The notes below the pieces were generated by a model. It did no database searches, was not told the DNA's origin, and was given only the letters and a program-made list of their open reading frames with translations. A stretch of DNA of 53,029 nucleotides, counting the filler, from Ionaspis alba (Eukaryota): NCBI GenBank assembly GCA_964255285.1. It is 3 parts of 3 records of this genome, joined end to end, with 100 filler letters (N's around TTAATTAATTAA, not from the genome) between each part and the next. Parts side by side here need not be neighbours in the genome. Positions count along the whole stretch, not along the records: positions 17,729 to 35,355 come from CAXUUL010000316.1; positions 35,456 to 53,029 come from CAXUUL010000317.1; 1 more part is not named here. One strand, 5' to 3'. A program made the position numbers and the translations under genes. Below are positions 33,351 to 47,000 of this stretch, in pieces (the stretch's first letter is position 1; the number at the start of each line of letters is the position of its first letter).

Positions 33351-35286
33351 CTACCTCTTCACTCTAAACGGTCCTCTATCCTCCACTCTCAACCTCGCCT
33401 CCTTCCCTTCGACCCAAAATCCCACCTCCCGTGTCGAATCTACAATCTCCACATCTCGGCTAACCCACTTCCCACGCTCCCTCTCTTCCTTTTTCTCCTT
33501 TCCCTCCGCTTCTTCAGCCCCACTATCCTCATCACTCGCACTCTCCGCACCAACGAACTCAGTCTCCCCTCCCTCAAGTATCAACCTCACCCGCATAGTC
33601 CTCAGCCCAAATATAGGCCCAACCAGTGATTTCAGCCGATATACACTCACTGTTTTCGGCACTACTAGTGTCCGCTCTTCGCGTCCAGCTCCGTCGTCTT
33701 TGACTCTGTAGAGGCTGAATGTCATGAGCCTTGCCGCAAGTGTGTTCCCAACGTCTATATCTTCGGCTGTCGCTCGTTGAATTGTCGGCTTGCCGTACTT
33801 CTCACACAATTCCGTCCATCGAGGATGCTGTGCCAGGATCTCCACTTCCTCGTTTTCTGGCTTGGCACCCAGCTCTTTACCGATCTGGGATAGATAGTAC
33901 AATTCCGCATTCGTCCGCTCGGCAGGGGTAATCTTGCTGTAATTGAGGGACGTGAGAGATGGGATGCGTGCGAGAGTCTGGAGGAAGGCTTCTTGGGCGG
34001 GAAGGGAGGCGTAGAGAGGGTTGTTTGATAGGAGTAGGGATTGTAAGGTGGGAAAGATGGTGGGAAGTGAGGACAGAAAGGAGAAGGAGGGAATGAGGTT
34101 GTGGGTGAGATCGAGGTGGGTTATGGTTCGGAAAGTAGGAGACTTGGCGGAGGTCGTAGCGATGGTTTCGGGAGCGAGAGTGAGCTTGTTGGACCGGAGG
34201 GAGAGAGTAGCGAGGGGGAGATCTGTTAGCAGTGAAAGGGTAGAGAGGCTAATCAGGTTGTTGCAGGCTAATGAGAGGCTGGTCAGGTGCGGGTTTGAAA
34301 GTGGGACTGAGACGGCGGTAAGATCGTTGGAGGCGACTGAGAGGGTTGTGAGGGAGGAGAATTTCGAGACTAGCGATGCGATCTGCAGATCCTGGGTCAG
34401 TATTTTGGCATAATAGGGATCGAAGGTCCTTCGAAAGCTTACCTCTTCCCATGAGAGAAGCGTATCGTCGAGAGACAGCTCGTTCACACCTTGAAAGCTC
34501 TTCCTGAGGTACTCGATGCTGAGACCGGTTGTCGTTAGGTCTTTGAGGCGGAGGCCACTAGTGGATATGGTTAGGATATTCCGTTTTGCGTGCTTCGAGT
34601 GATATACTTCAATTTGAGCGTCTGTAGAACTGGCAGTGCTCTGCAAATACCAACGACATCCCTCCAATTCTCTACAAGATTCCGTGAAAGGTCCAATTCA
34701 AGGACTCGAGGACATGTCTCAGTAATGCGACTTAGGTCCTGATTCCACTCATCGTCGATGGAGGTGGTTGACCATGGCTGTGATCTCAGTCCGCTAAGGC
34801 ACAATCCATCCAGTAACACAATCCGTAACTCCTGCAGCTGAGCCAATTGCCGACGGATTTTCTCGAATCCCACTTCTTCGACTACCTTGCCGCTGATCTC
34901 AATCACCTGGTCGTTGGGATCGGCATAACCATTTGGCATAGACTCATCTGGTCCTTTAGAAGCGTACTTCTTATGTAGCGCTTCTAGAAAACTCAGGGGC
35001 TGATCAAAGGGTCGAGTAGGCCGGACAAAAGACGCTGCTGTTGGGGCCTCGCTTCGACCTAGCTAAAGTGCGTGAGTTCCGGTGTCTAGTAGAAACTATG
35101 ACCATGCTTACATTCGAAGTATCTTCTTCCTCGATGCTCGCCGGAGTGCTTGCCCTTTTCTGGATCGTCCCATTCGACGCCTAGCCATTCCCCCTTGGTT
35201 CCACTGACTTGACCTCTATACCGCACTGTGCATAGATTGCCAGAGAAGGAGAGACGTTTGCCATCATAGAAGATTGTGGGCATCAT
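33351..35286 (-). CDS. PAC2: Tubulin-specific chaperone E (CAP-Gly + LRR + ubiquitin-like), 4 exons
   Basis: TVRYRG..WLGVEWDD..GKHSG..YFEC (CAP-Gly), FLEALHKKY, GKVVEEVGFEKI, LDLSRNL and further LRRs, ERTNAELYYL. Introns near 35059-35111, 34558-34608 and 34383-34442. Confidence 0.9.
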
Positions 35287-35355
35287 TGCAGGGTTCTTTT
35301 GGCGTAGATAGTGTATCTCATAAGAGAAGTCTTGATTCACCACAGAGCTTTCGTT

Positions 35356-35455
35356 NNNNNNNNNNNNNNNNNNNNNNNNNNNNNNNNNNNNNNNNNNNNT
35401 TAATTAATTAANNNNNNNNNNNNNNNNNNNNNNNNNNNNNNNNNNNNNNNNNNNN
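35356..35455. other. Artificial contig junction: 44 N + TTAATTAATTAA + 44 N
   Basis: Same construction as the block at 17629-17728. Confidence 0.95.
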
Positions 35456-35631
35456 TATCCTATTATGGACTAGTTTATGACTGTGACTGTGATCCTCCCG
35501 AGGCCTGTCGTAGCGCTAGTTCTAGCTCTTCGGGGTTGCCCTAAATTCGGCGCTGTTGAATTGACTTTAATTGTCTCAATTGTGACCATTCCAACGTCGA
35601 ATAAAGAGCCCCAAACACCCGGCCCTGTAAC

Positions 35632-36634
35632 ATGGAGAGTCCTTCGAATCAGTCGCTAGACTCCTCCACCGAGTCTCCAGCTCAGAAACAAGCTCGTATT
35701 CGCCGAGAACGCCGGGAAGCAAAGATCAAGGCTGGAGGTTCAGCACGCCTGGACAAAATCACACAGCTATCTGGAAGACCCGTCGAGCCAGGTATGCTCC
35801 GGTGAACCACGTCTACCATGAGCACACTGGCTAGAGACATTCTAATGGCACTCTACGGCAGCACCTCCTCCACCATCACAACTCTCTGCCGCTAACGACG
35901 ATCCCGAAGAGATTGACATTACGAACCACCCTTACACTTCCTCACGAGCCTCTCCATCTCCTCGCAACGGTCAGAATGCAGACCCTACAGAAGCAGACCT
36001 CCGTCGTCTTCTTCGCAGCGGTGGTCCACAGGGCGACACTCAATTCAACCCATTCGCCCCACCAGGACAGCAAGAACGGCCTGCCGGAGATGAAGACCCC
36101 ATGATGCGGATGCTGCAGCAAATGATGGGTGGCATAGGTGGCGATCCTGGACAAGGCGGAGCACCAGGAGAAGGAGGATTGCCGCCGGCCCTGGCAGCTT
36201 TGTTAGGAGGTGGAGGTCCTGGAGGTCCTGCGGAAGAAACATTGCCTGAGAATGCCTACGGCTATGTTTGGAAAATCATTCATGCCATTTTTGCTTTCAC
36301 TCTAGGCATCTACATCCTGCAGACCTTCCATTTCGATGGATCGCGGATCTCGAGAGCCTTGAATACCTCGGCCAACGATGCAAGGACAGAGATATTCTGG
36401 ATATTCACAACGGTGGAACTGCTTCTTCAGTCATCACGGTTTTTCCTGGAGAGGGGCAAGGCAGTGCAAGGGGGAGTGCTGGGGACGATTTCGAACTTTC
36501 TGCCGCCACCCTGGAATGGATATATTAGGTTGGTCGCGAGGTATAGCGGGATTTACACTACGATCGTGGAGGATGCTATGGTCGTTGTTTTTGTCTTGGG
36601 CGCTGTGGCCTGGTGGAAGGGAGCGGCAGCATAG
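35632..36634 (+). CDS. GET2: GET complex subunit Get2-like (tail-anchored protein insertase), 2 exons
   Basis: N-terminal QARIRRERREAKIKAGGSARLDKIT (Get3-binding type motif), DDPEEIDI, EDPMMRMLQQMMG and three C-terminal hydrophobic helices. Intron 35792-35861 (GTATGC..CTAAT..CAG). Confidence 0.8.
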
Positions 36635-36783
36635 ACACATTAATGATCACCGGGCTTCAATGAGGAGTTCGATCGTCGTTTCATAAATTATTTAATGGAG
36701 GTCCGAAAAACGTTTTGGACGGGGGCGCGGTTTTATTGCGTCCCGTATTTCCATACCAGTGTTCCGGAGAATACGCCAAAAGT

Positions 36784-38741
36784 TCAGTCAGGGTTCATGT
36801 GGTATCTCTCGTGGGCACCGATTGCAAAATCGGGCAGTACGAGGCCGCATGTTTGGCACCGTGTGCCTTCGTCTGGCTCTTCTTCACAGTCCCAGGTATC
36901 GTCATCTTTAACGTCCACTTTGCTGCGTAAGGCTTCCTCGTCAGTACAAGGCTCTTTTCCACAGTTTGTGTAATTCTCAAGGCTTTCGTCTCTGTCACCA
37001 CCACAAGTGACTGAGTCCTCGCTATGAATGCTATTTGTCTCCTCAGATGGCACCACTTTAATGTCTTCCACTTTCCAAGGCTTGAGCACCTCATCCTGCC
37101 TTCTGAACATCCTACTAATATCCCGGCCGCCAGCGTTCTTGTCGTCACTTCCAACTGCCATCATGTTGACAGCGGCTATGTTTACCAGGCTGAGATTCCA
37201 CCCGGATGGCTCTGGATGAAGCTTTCGAAAGGAGGGAAGCAGCGCCTCGTGGACCAAAGTTTCAGCCAAGGAATCTATGTTCTCATTGAGCCCGAAGACA
37301 AAAGCGGGCATGGGACAAGAACGCGATATGCGTTTGAAGGAACGTGAACGAGTCCCGTCAGGCAGCAAAGGTGGTCGCGGCCGAGTGCTTATTCTCAATG
37401 TCCGAGGATGGGCCAACCACCGCCATGGAACTGGATTTACTTCATTTCGAGAAAAATGCTCTCCCTCTTCATCTGAAATATCTCGATCGTCGTCGATTTC
37501 TGTTAGATCTACCCGCATGCGTCGAAGCAGACTCTCTGACAGTATTCGAAGCTCCTGTTTGACCTCTCCCAGAGTATCAAGACGAATGTAGCTATCCTCG
37601 ATGCTGATCTGTCGTGGTATGTTCCTTGCCATTCCGACCTCGGTATCGTCAATGCCGTTGATCAATCCCCAGACCCTTTCTCCAATTCCCTTTGGAGATC
37701 CAGGACCACCAATCAAGTCTTCGAGAATCTCGGAGCCCATACTTGGATGTAAGCGTACATCTTTGACTAAGACACTTTCTTTGGTGCCACCGTAGACAAG
37801 CCCAGAGTCGAATTTGGCGGGCCTACCTAGAACATAATTTCGGATCTTCTGTGCCATTTTGAATCCAATACCTGGTAACTTGCCGATATCATGTGAGTCA
37901 ATGAAGAGTTTGACATTGTTCACTCCCATACCGGGAATGGGTGTGTATGGAGATATTAGGGTGGTCTGGTCATTTGGTTTGTGGATGTTGCCAACAAGCT
38001 TGGAAAGCAGCTTATTCGTACTAATGCCTACCGTAGCAGTGTAGCCCTTCTGTTCTTCCAGCTGAGCTCGAATGTGGTGCGCAAGATGAGATCCAAGCCT
38101 CAGACGGACTTCCAATAGTTCATCCAATTCATCGGGCAAGGAGGGCGGTACGACCTCCGCCATGGAATTAGGTGCATCGGGTTGAATAGAAGGGAATGAT
38201 CGACCAATGATCTTAGATGCATCATATGAGAAGCCCACCGTCGGATCGGCTTGATCTAAATGAAAAAACGAATGTGACAGATCGTTGTGGTTCAAGAGAG
38301 CAACGTTGTAGTCAACAACATCAGACATGTCCATGAAAACTTCGTCGAATCCAAGCCTCTCAGCTTTCTGGCTCCAAACGAATGGCCGTAAGAAGTTATA
38401 CAAATCCTTGGAAGCATTTCGAAACCGAGTCAAGTCTTCTCCAAGAATAATAATTACCTCTGGACAGACCTTACGCGCCTCCTTGATAAGTTGCAATTTG
38501 TGCAGGCCTCTACGCCGAGCCTCATAGTTGCAAGTCACTATGATCTGTTTTTGCTGGACAGCCAGTGGGAGTGACTTCAAGGCAGGATCCTCGACCTCAA
38601 ACACAGCAGCATAGAAGCAGTCATAATCCTATCTGTGGTCGTCAGCTTTGCACCACGTCGCAGCAATAGAGATGCATGTACAAAATGGATGATGATTCGA
38701 TCGTCACGTCTTTCTCTTTCACTTGGCTTGAGAAACTCCAT
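36784..38741 (-). CDS. Y-family translesion DNA polymerase, Pol iota-like, 2 exons
   Basis: RIIIHF-DYDCFYA (intron 38629-38681), VQQKQIIVTCNYEARRRG, ERLGFDEVFMD, GISTNKLLSKLVG..KPNDQT, KLPGIG, QISIEDS, and a C-terminal CxxC..HxxxH finger. Confidence 0.88.
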
Positions 38742-39291
38742 AGTATATTGAGCTCCTTTGCTCTATTATTCGTCTCGAAGTCAGCTCGCAGGAGACGTGG
38801 TTTCGTAGAGGTCCATTATTGGAACTGAATGTGCAGGGAAAAAATCCAACTGGCAAGGTTCGAGAGTCAGAGTCCCTTGAGCGGAAAGCTTAGCTGGTTG
38901 ATTTAGGTAGCGATCGCCTACGGCTTCCTCCCTGTAGTGCACAGCTTAGCGCTCGTGATCTGCCCTTGGACCTTTTCGATGCATCAATGCCAAGTCAGGT
39001 ACAGTACCTTCCTTACATCGCGAATAAATCGCTCTTGCGCGTGCTCTCTCAGTATGTTGGAGCATATGGGGGATTACGACTGGGAAAATCTAAGCATCAA
39101 GCAAAACGATTCTGCCTTGACCTACGCTCAGGATTCGAATCCGTCTACTTGCAGCGTTACATCCATGAACGCGAGGCTTTTACTCGAGTCACACATCAAA
39201 CGACCTGAACATCGTGCCACGGCACCTTGTAGGAGGCGTCTTCAAATGATTTTCAAGTCGCGATAGTGAAGTTATCCATCAACCCTCTCAA

Positions 39292-42200
39292 ATGCCTTCC
39301 TGGCCGTCTCGACTGCTTTCATCTGGATCATCTACGTCAAGTACTCCTCCCCTTTCCTCGAACGAACCCCAGAACACCAATGTTTTTCCAAGAAGCCGAC
39401 ATGGTGACTTTCATTCGGCCGCGACACCGATTCATGAGATTCCCACCTTACATCCGCTGCCCTCGGGAGAGCCGCCCTCGAGCTCGAGCGTTGCTCACCG
39501 GCCTCGACATGGACGTTCCATCAGCCATCCGTTCCCTTCGTTGTTTGGAAATGGGAAGAGGACGGACAGAAGGGTAGATCTTGATGACTTAGAAGCCGAA
39601 TTAGATGCTCTGGATGACAACACCGGGCTTGTTGTTGGACGGGATATTACGAGAACCTCAAGCCAAAAAGATGCCTCTCAACGTCCTGAGGGTGATCTAA
39701 TGGTTGGAAAATGCGCTACATGCGACTCGATGGTTCGATGGCCACGCCATCTGGATGTCTATCGGTGCTCCGTTTGTCTTATGATAAATGATCTTAAGCT
39801 GGCTGCTAAAGGAGCGGTCAACACTAGGGTCGAGAATACTGTCAATAAGACTGAGGCTTTTTCAAGCCACAAAATACCAAGGAAAGGTATGTTTTGCATC
39901 CAAAAAGTCTTCTATTCAGGGACTGAGAATAAACGATCAGTTCTGCCACTGTCTGTGGAGAGAACGCAGAGTCTAATAGACGAATGCGTTGCATCTTATT
40001 TGCGAAGCAGGCATGAGCTTCTTCAAGACCATGATAATCTTGTCAGAAACAATCCTGTCGGAGGGAGAAACCACTCGGCACCGGCGCTCACGAAGACGGA
40101 TTCTCAGCGCTTGGGCACAGACGAGAGTGTATCAGACTCTCCAGCTTCCATCAATAGCGTTGCTGCACACATCGCAGAAGGAAGTGGGCGCCATGCCAGC
40201 AGATACGAGAATTCTGGGTTGTTATGCCCTAGCATGCCGCAGAACAGGAAGGGTAGCTTTGACAATGGCAGTCCGTCTCGTCCTCCAACGGCTCGCGCAA
40301 GATCGTCAAATTCAATTCAAGCAGGTCACCAGCACACGTCGTCTAATGGCTATGTTCGAAATGATCCAAGGTCTATCCTAGCCAAACATATCTTCCGGCC
40401 TCTCGAAAATTATCTCGTGGCGTGCCTGAATGATTGTGAGTGCCTGAATGCTTCTTTTAGCTCCTTTCGACCGTCGTGTCAAGTACGAGCTGCAAGCGAA
40501 ACAATAGCCTTCTCCGAGCGACCAAAACGCGCAGACATCCTTGAGGACTCGGATCTCAACATATCCGGAATGGACGCAAAGACTCTACTTCTAGGAGACT
40601 TCGCTGAGAATGGAATGTGGTGGATGGGTGATCGCCGCGTTCCAGCGAAGAAGAGTGCTAAGGAGCATGATGGTGCGAACAACATTCGAGATCGGAAAAA
40701 ACCATATATCGATTGGAACTCTCTCAGTAATTGGTATTCGACGATATTCTCATGCGGCACATATTGGAGAAGTCAGTGGAGGTCGCTCTACAGTATAACC
40801 GATGACAAAACCCACATGTGTTTCGAAGAACAAGAGATTGAAGATGTAATAGCGCAGGCTCGCACTCATGTTCAAAGGACGTTCCTTAAGAGCGTTGAGA
40901 GCCTCCTCAGACGTCCCGGGCGACCTCTCAAGTCTCTCGAGCATTGTCGATTCCTCCTTATTCTCCTGGCCAATCCACTTCTTCATCCGCAACCTATAAA
41001 TCACTCAGCTCCTACTGTCTCAAAAGGCGTTACCCAGGAGACCGATATAAAACCCAGGCCGTTGCTAAAATCTGCTCTCTCCACTCGTGGTGCTCCTTCG
41101 CAAAGGAATAATGAGGTCCGAAGTGCCGCGACTGGACAACACTCAGGCATCATAAAACGTATCTTAGGTCTTATGGCAAACCTACCTAATGAATGCCATC
41201 AGACTCTGGTATTGTGGTTCTGCAGGTATTCTGAGGCTCAGTTCCGTACCATTGTGGAGATGGTCGGAGGATTTGTCTCGTATAGACTGAATAGGCAATA
41301 TGGACGCAAGCACACCAACAGTCACGATCCTACCTCTGATTTGATTCCAGATATATCTGGTCTTGGGGCGGGAACGTCTGCTCACTTACATGCAGCTCTT
41401 GCACCAACTGGGACACCAAAGCAGTCCGAGACCAAGCACAGCACTGTACCGTACGCCGAAGATTGGCAGATAAAGGCTGCTGCCAAGGTCATGTCTATAC
41501 TCTTCTCTGCCAACAACAGCGGACGATTTCCTCGAGCACAAACATTGAGCACTTCCCCAGAGGCTAGGCTCGATGAGGTAAATGCAGCGGCTCAACAAAG
41601 AGCACAAAATCATACACAGCTGCTGCCCACGAATGCGTTCTACAACACACTTCTGGATTATGCAGATCTGATCGCGGATTTCGAATCTTGGGAATCCAGA
41701 CGTGGCAAGTTTTCTTTCTGTCAATATCCCATGTTTTTGTCGATATGGGCGAAGATCCGCATCATGGAGCATGACGCACATCGTCAAATGGAGATCAAGG
41801 CCCGGGAAGCGTTCTTTAACAGTATTTTGAGTCGTAAAGCTGTCAACCAGCATCTTCAACTCAAAGTGCGGCGCGATTGTTTAGTGGATGATAGCCTTCG
41901 AGCTGTCAGTGAGGTCGTGGGTGCCGGACAGGAGGAGATCAAAAAAGGTCTGCGAATTGAGTTCACGGGAGAAGAAGGTGTAGATGCAGGAGGGTGAGCA
42001 CATAGCCTTTCCAAATGTCCGTCTTGAGAACTTACTCATATGCTCAACCAGGCTCAGAAAAGAATGGTTTCTGCTTCTAGTGCGAGAGGTCTTTGATCCT
42101 GAGTATGGACTCTTCTCCTACGACGAGGATTCTCATTACTGCTACTTCAACTCCAACAGTCTCGAAACTTCGGATCAATTTTTCCTAGTTGGTGTTGTGT

Positions 42201-43027
42201 TCGGTCTTGCCATATACAACTCTACCATCCTAGATGTAGCGTTACCTCCCTTTGCTTTCAGGAAACTGCTTGCCTCTGCACCGGCCTATACTGGACCAAC
42301 CACTTCTTCCGTACGCGCTACAGGAGGTTATACGTTGGAAGACCTTGCCACTTGGAGACCATCTTTAGCCCGGGGATTGCAGCAGCTGCTTGAATACGAG
42401 GGTAATGTCGAAAAGACCTTTTGCAGAGACTTCGTGGCCGACGTCGACCGTTATGGCCAAATAGTACAAGTACCTCTGTGCTCAAACGGAGAGAACCGGA
42501 CTGTAACAAACAGCAACCGCCACGAATTTGTGGATCTCTATATACACTACCTCTTGGACACTGCGGTGGTACGGCAGTATGAACCATTCAAGCGTGGATT
42601 CTTCACTGTCTGTGGGGGCAACGCACTGTCCCTGTTCCGCCCCGAAGAGATCGAACTGCTCGTTCGCGGCTCTGACGAATCGCTAGACGTATTGTCAATT
42701 CAAGCCGTAGCGATATACGAGAATTGGAAATCTGCGCGGCCTGAAGAAGACCCAACAGTGATTTGGTTTTGGCAAGCATTTGCCGAAGCGGAGGTCAGAG
42801 CACAGAGGAAGATCTTAGGATTTATTACCGGCAGTGATCGCATTCCAGCAATGGGAGCGACTAATCTGATCATCAAAATCGTGTGCCTCGGAGATCATCC
42901 GGAAAGATTTCCCACCGCAAGGACATGTTTCAATATGTTGGGACTCTACAGATATAGATCTTATACGGAGGTTAAGAGCAAACTTTGGAGAGCAGTGCTC
43001 GAGAGTGAAGGCTTCGGCCTGAAGTGA
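39292..43027 (+). CDS. HUL4: HECT E3 ubiquitin ligase, Hul4/HECTD2-like, 3 exons
   Basis: DWQIKAAAKVM, FYNTLLD, FSFCQYP, VRRDCLVDDSL, EFTGEEGVDAGG-LRKEWF, FITGSDRIP, PTARTCFN (catalytic Cys), EGFGLK. Introns 39887-39940 and 41994-42051. Confidence 0.88.
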
Positions 43028-44074
43028 CTTCCCCGACCAAAAGTTCAGGCGACGAAACATGATCGCCGTTTCAAAGTGGTTTTGGGAAGCCACAGTGCAA
43101 GGACGGCGATCTCGTTCCAAAATCTGGCTCTGATATTGGACTGGGGGGTTTGGACTACTGCTTGAAGGGAGTTCTGTATGCTACATGGCTATAAGCAGCG
43201 TTCACGTGGAGCATTCGCTGGCGGTGGGAGTGTCTCGTCTGTGCGAAGCTTTATACCCTGAGTCACTAGGTCAGATGCAAATGCGCACAGAATGATGTTT
43301 ACAGAATGTGAGATCCACATGTTTATGTCTCTTGGATTGACTCCGTGAACTCGGTAGCAGGGTAAGATTCTCTGTATCGCTGGAAGAAATGAAATGTGAC
43401 GGGCTTTGTGCAAAAAGGAAGCCATTAGAGGAGGCCATTTTCACAAACAAGTCAGTCCATGTATATAACCGCGGATTCTTCGCCATTGTCTTTGCGCCAT
43501 GACGGACGGTGAAGGCATCCGCTTCTCTNNNNNNNNNNNNNNNNNNNNNNNNNNNNNNNNNNNNNNNNNNNNNNNNNNNNNNNNNNNNNNNNNNNNNNNN
43601 NNNNNNNNNNNNNNNNNNNNNNNNNNNNGATTCTTCGCCATTGTCTTTGCGCCATGACGGACGGTGAAGGCATCCGCTTCTCTTCCATTTTCTCCAAATT
43701 TCTACTTTCAAATGTCGATTCGTTTGCATTAGACATCTGGTCTCCGAAATACAATTGTTTTTCCTTGAACCATTGGACTTCAATGCTTGTTGGAGTCCTC
43801 CACAAGCTCATCTAGTACCCTTACAGCCTTTGACAACAAATGACGGATCTTTCCGAACCCGGTGTGCTATGACGCAGTTCTTGGCATTTGGCGCATCCAA
43901 TTCACTTGCAAGCGAAATCAAGCAACCTTGAAGTTGGCTAGCCGCGTCTCGACGACCTCGTTAGCAACCGTACTCCTGCTTGCCCTTCCAATTCTACAGG
44001 ATCTGAAGCGAGATCTAAGAGCTGTATGGCAGCTAGAACCTCCTGTTGAGACTTCATTCCAAGCAACGTCCACA

Positions 44075-47000
44075 ATGGCAGATCAACAGCAATCTGGAGG
44101 CCCTAAGGGACACTACAGCGGTCAGTATACCCCTTGAAGTATATAGGAGATGACATTTCAATGACAGTTATAAGGTCAAAACAAGGTCCCGACAATTGAC
44201 AAGTTCCTCAAGAGTCTTGATCGGGACAAGACCGAAAGAGACAAGAAGATTGACGAGGACCTCCGCGCCCAACGACAACCGACGCCCAAGAAAGGGACCG
44301 AAGCTGTTCCTCATGAACAAACTTCACCACGGAAGGCGGGCAGCAACCAGAAGACAGTGACGGACCCAGTTACTGGTAATCAGGTGCAAATCTCGGATGT
44401 GGACAAAGACATGATGGAAGCTGTCAAGGATCCTAAGGTATGGTGCAAGTGTTGTCTTCAACACCATTGGGCTAATCTTTCCAGTTATCTGTGCCAAATG
44501 CAAATCTAGGGAAAGACACGGTAAGCATGAAATCAAGTGTGTGCAGACTAAGCTGCTGATGTTATGACTAGCCGGTCAAGACGGATCCATCACAAACAAA
44601 TCCAGAGTACAAGCGTAACCAGGATATCACAGCTCCCCCCGATCCTGTCGAACCCGGCTCAACTTCCGATGTTCCTATTCATGGCGAGAAGACTAACATC
44701 TTGTTCCATCCAACACCTTCGGTCAGCTACGAACCCATGTATGCATCACTGGAGAAACAAGCGACTGCATTGTGTGTTGGTCTGTTCCTCGCCGTTGTAA
44801 TCTTGGGGAAGATGTTCGGCGGCTCACTCAAAGGCCTCATACCGTTGGCTGCTTGTGTCGGCTCCGGTGTATTCTTATGGGCTAAGGAGTTGGTTCGATC
44901 TGGACGAGAAGTCGAATGGTCAAGTGAGCAGGAGCGTGGACAAACAGCAGTCGCGAACCTGTTGCCAGAATCTGTCGAATGGATGAATCATTTCCTTGAG
45001 ATCGTTTGGTAGGAGCACCCTTTACCGTGACAATGGACACAAAGGCTAATTTCCCGAGGGGACTTCTAAATCCGGATATGTTCGCAAGTGTTGCGGATAC
45101 ACTAGAAGATGTCATGCAAGCATCGGTTCCTGGCATAATAGAGCAGGTACGGGTTGCCGAAATCAACCAGGGCAACAATCCACTACGAATCCTTAGCTTG
45201 CGAGCTCTGCCAGATAGCCACGTGAAGGAGCTCAAAGAGAGCATTCACGAAGAGAACAAGAAGACCAAAGACCCTCAAGAAGCCGCTGCTGACGAGGAAG
45301 GCGGAGATTACTATAATATCGAGATTTCCTTCGCTTATCATGCGAAACCTAGTGCGCAGAACAGTGCTTCGTCGAAAGCAAGAAACATGCATATGGAGCT
45401 CGTCTTCTATCTTGGTATCAAAGGTCTTTTCGGTGTTCCTCTGCCTATCTTTGTCGAATTGCAAGGTCTCGTTGGCACAGTTAGGCTGCGTCTACAAATG
45501 ACCCCTGAGCCACCATATGCCAAGAACCTCACATTCACTCTAATGGGCATCCCGCAAGTTACGGCCGGCTGCGTGCCGATGGTCAAGGTAATCTCACTCC
45601 TTCCCAATGCTCGATTGTCCAATGCTGATTGTACCTTTCAAGCATGGACCAAACATTCTGGTAACAATTGCCGACCCTCAAAGCTTGCGATGCAACTGAC
45701 TCCAAGTAGAATCTTCCTCTCATAACCAACTTTGTCAATTATGCAATCGGGGCCGCTGCAAGTATGTACGTGGCGCCCAAATCAATGTCTCTCGATCTTG
45801 CAGCCATGCTTCAAGGAGACGATATCTCAAAAGATGTACATGCTCTTGGGATTATGTGGATTCGTATTCACCGAGCTGTTGGTCTCAGCAAGCAAGACAA
45901 ACGTGGCAGTAAATATGGCGGATCCGATCCTTACATCACGCTGTCCTTTTCCAAGTATCAGAAGCCTATGTATTGTACTCGAGTTATCTGCGATGATCTC
46001 AACCCAATATGGGAGGAAACTGCTGCGTAGGCATATTCTGATATTGGCACAAAGAAAGTCATAGGCTAACGCGAGCTAGTCTACTTGTCACTCCTGAGCT
46101 CATCAAAGCTGATGAACAGCTCTCCGTAGAGCTGTGGGACTCCGACCGCTCAAGCGCAGATGATATCGTTGGCAAGGTCGAGCTGTCAATGCAGAAAATG
46201 ATTCAACACCCTGGCAAAATGTATCCACAGGTCTCGAATCTTTCTGGAATGGGTGCCGGTAGTGAAATGCCTGGCGAACTACATTGGGAGGTTGGCTACT
46301 TCGGGAAGCCTAAGTTCCGCCCTGCCTTGAGGACAGACGGCAAAGATCATAAGCTGCCTGATGCCTTGAAAGACAAGGCTGAGTTTCAGGATGAGAAGGG
46401 CGCGATCAACAATGACGAGGAGGATGCAGTGGCCCATACACCACCGGACCCTCTATGGGTATCAGGTAAGAACACCTTGGTCATAAACGCCTGTCACTAC
46501 CCGAAACGATTGGTGTTCTCTTATGATGACCGATTACTGATCTCCTTACTTATAGGTGTCTGTGGCATTGTCATCCACCAGATCGTCAACCTCGAGCTGG
46601 AGAACATCAAAGGCAGCGAAGGCAACAGAAAGGGGAGAGAATTCGAGCCAGCCAAAGAGGCCGGTGAAATCACAGAAGAAGAAGGCGACAAGCTACCCAC
46701 CAGCTATTGTACGATTCTTTTCAATGATCAGCTCGTCTATCGAACTCGTGCCAAAGCTGTGAGCAGCAAGCCAATATTCAATGCTGGTACGGAGCGATTT
46801 ATGAGGGACTGGAGAAGTGGAATAGTCACTGTCACGGTCAGGGACCAGCGCTATCGGCAACACGATCCTATACTCGGTGTCGTTCCACTGAAGCTATCAG
46901 AGGTCCTTGATACTAGCTCACAGGTGACTCGCTGGTATCCTCTTGACGGGGGCGTGGGCTTTGGAAGAATCAGAATTAGCCTTATCTGGAGAAGTGTGGA

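Noticed and set aside
43474..43683. 55-bp direct repeats as LTRs, CRISPR repeats or target-site duplications (also 29605-29814)
   Set aside because: They abut N100 gaps and have identical length at two unrelated loci, which fits assembler k-mer overlap.
43189..43811. Minus-strand small ORFs between the HECT ligase and MUG190
   Set aside because: About 70 aa after collapsing the gap, no motif, and only a weak donor to link the pieces.
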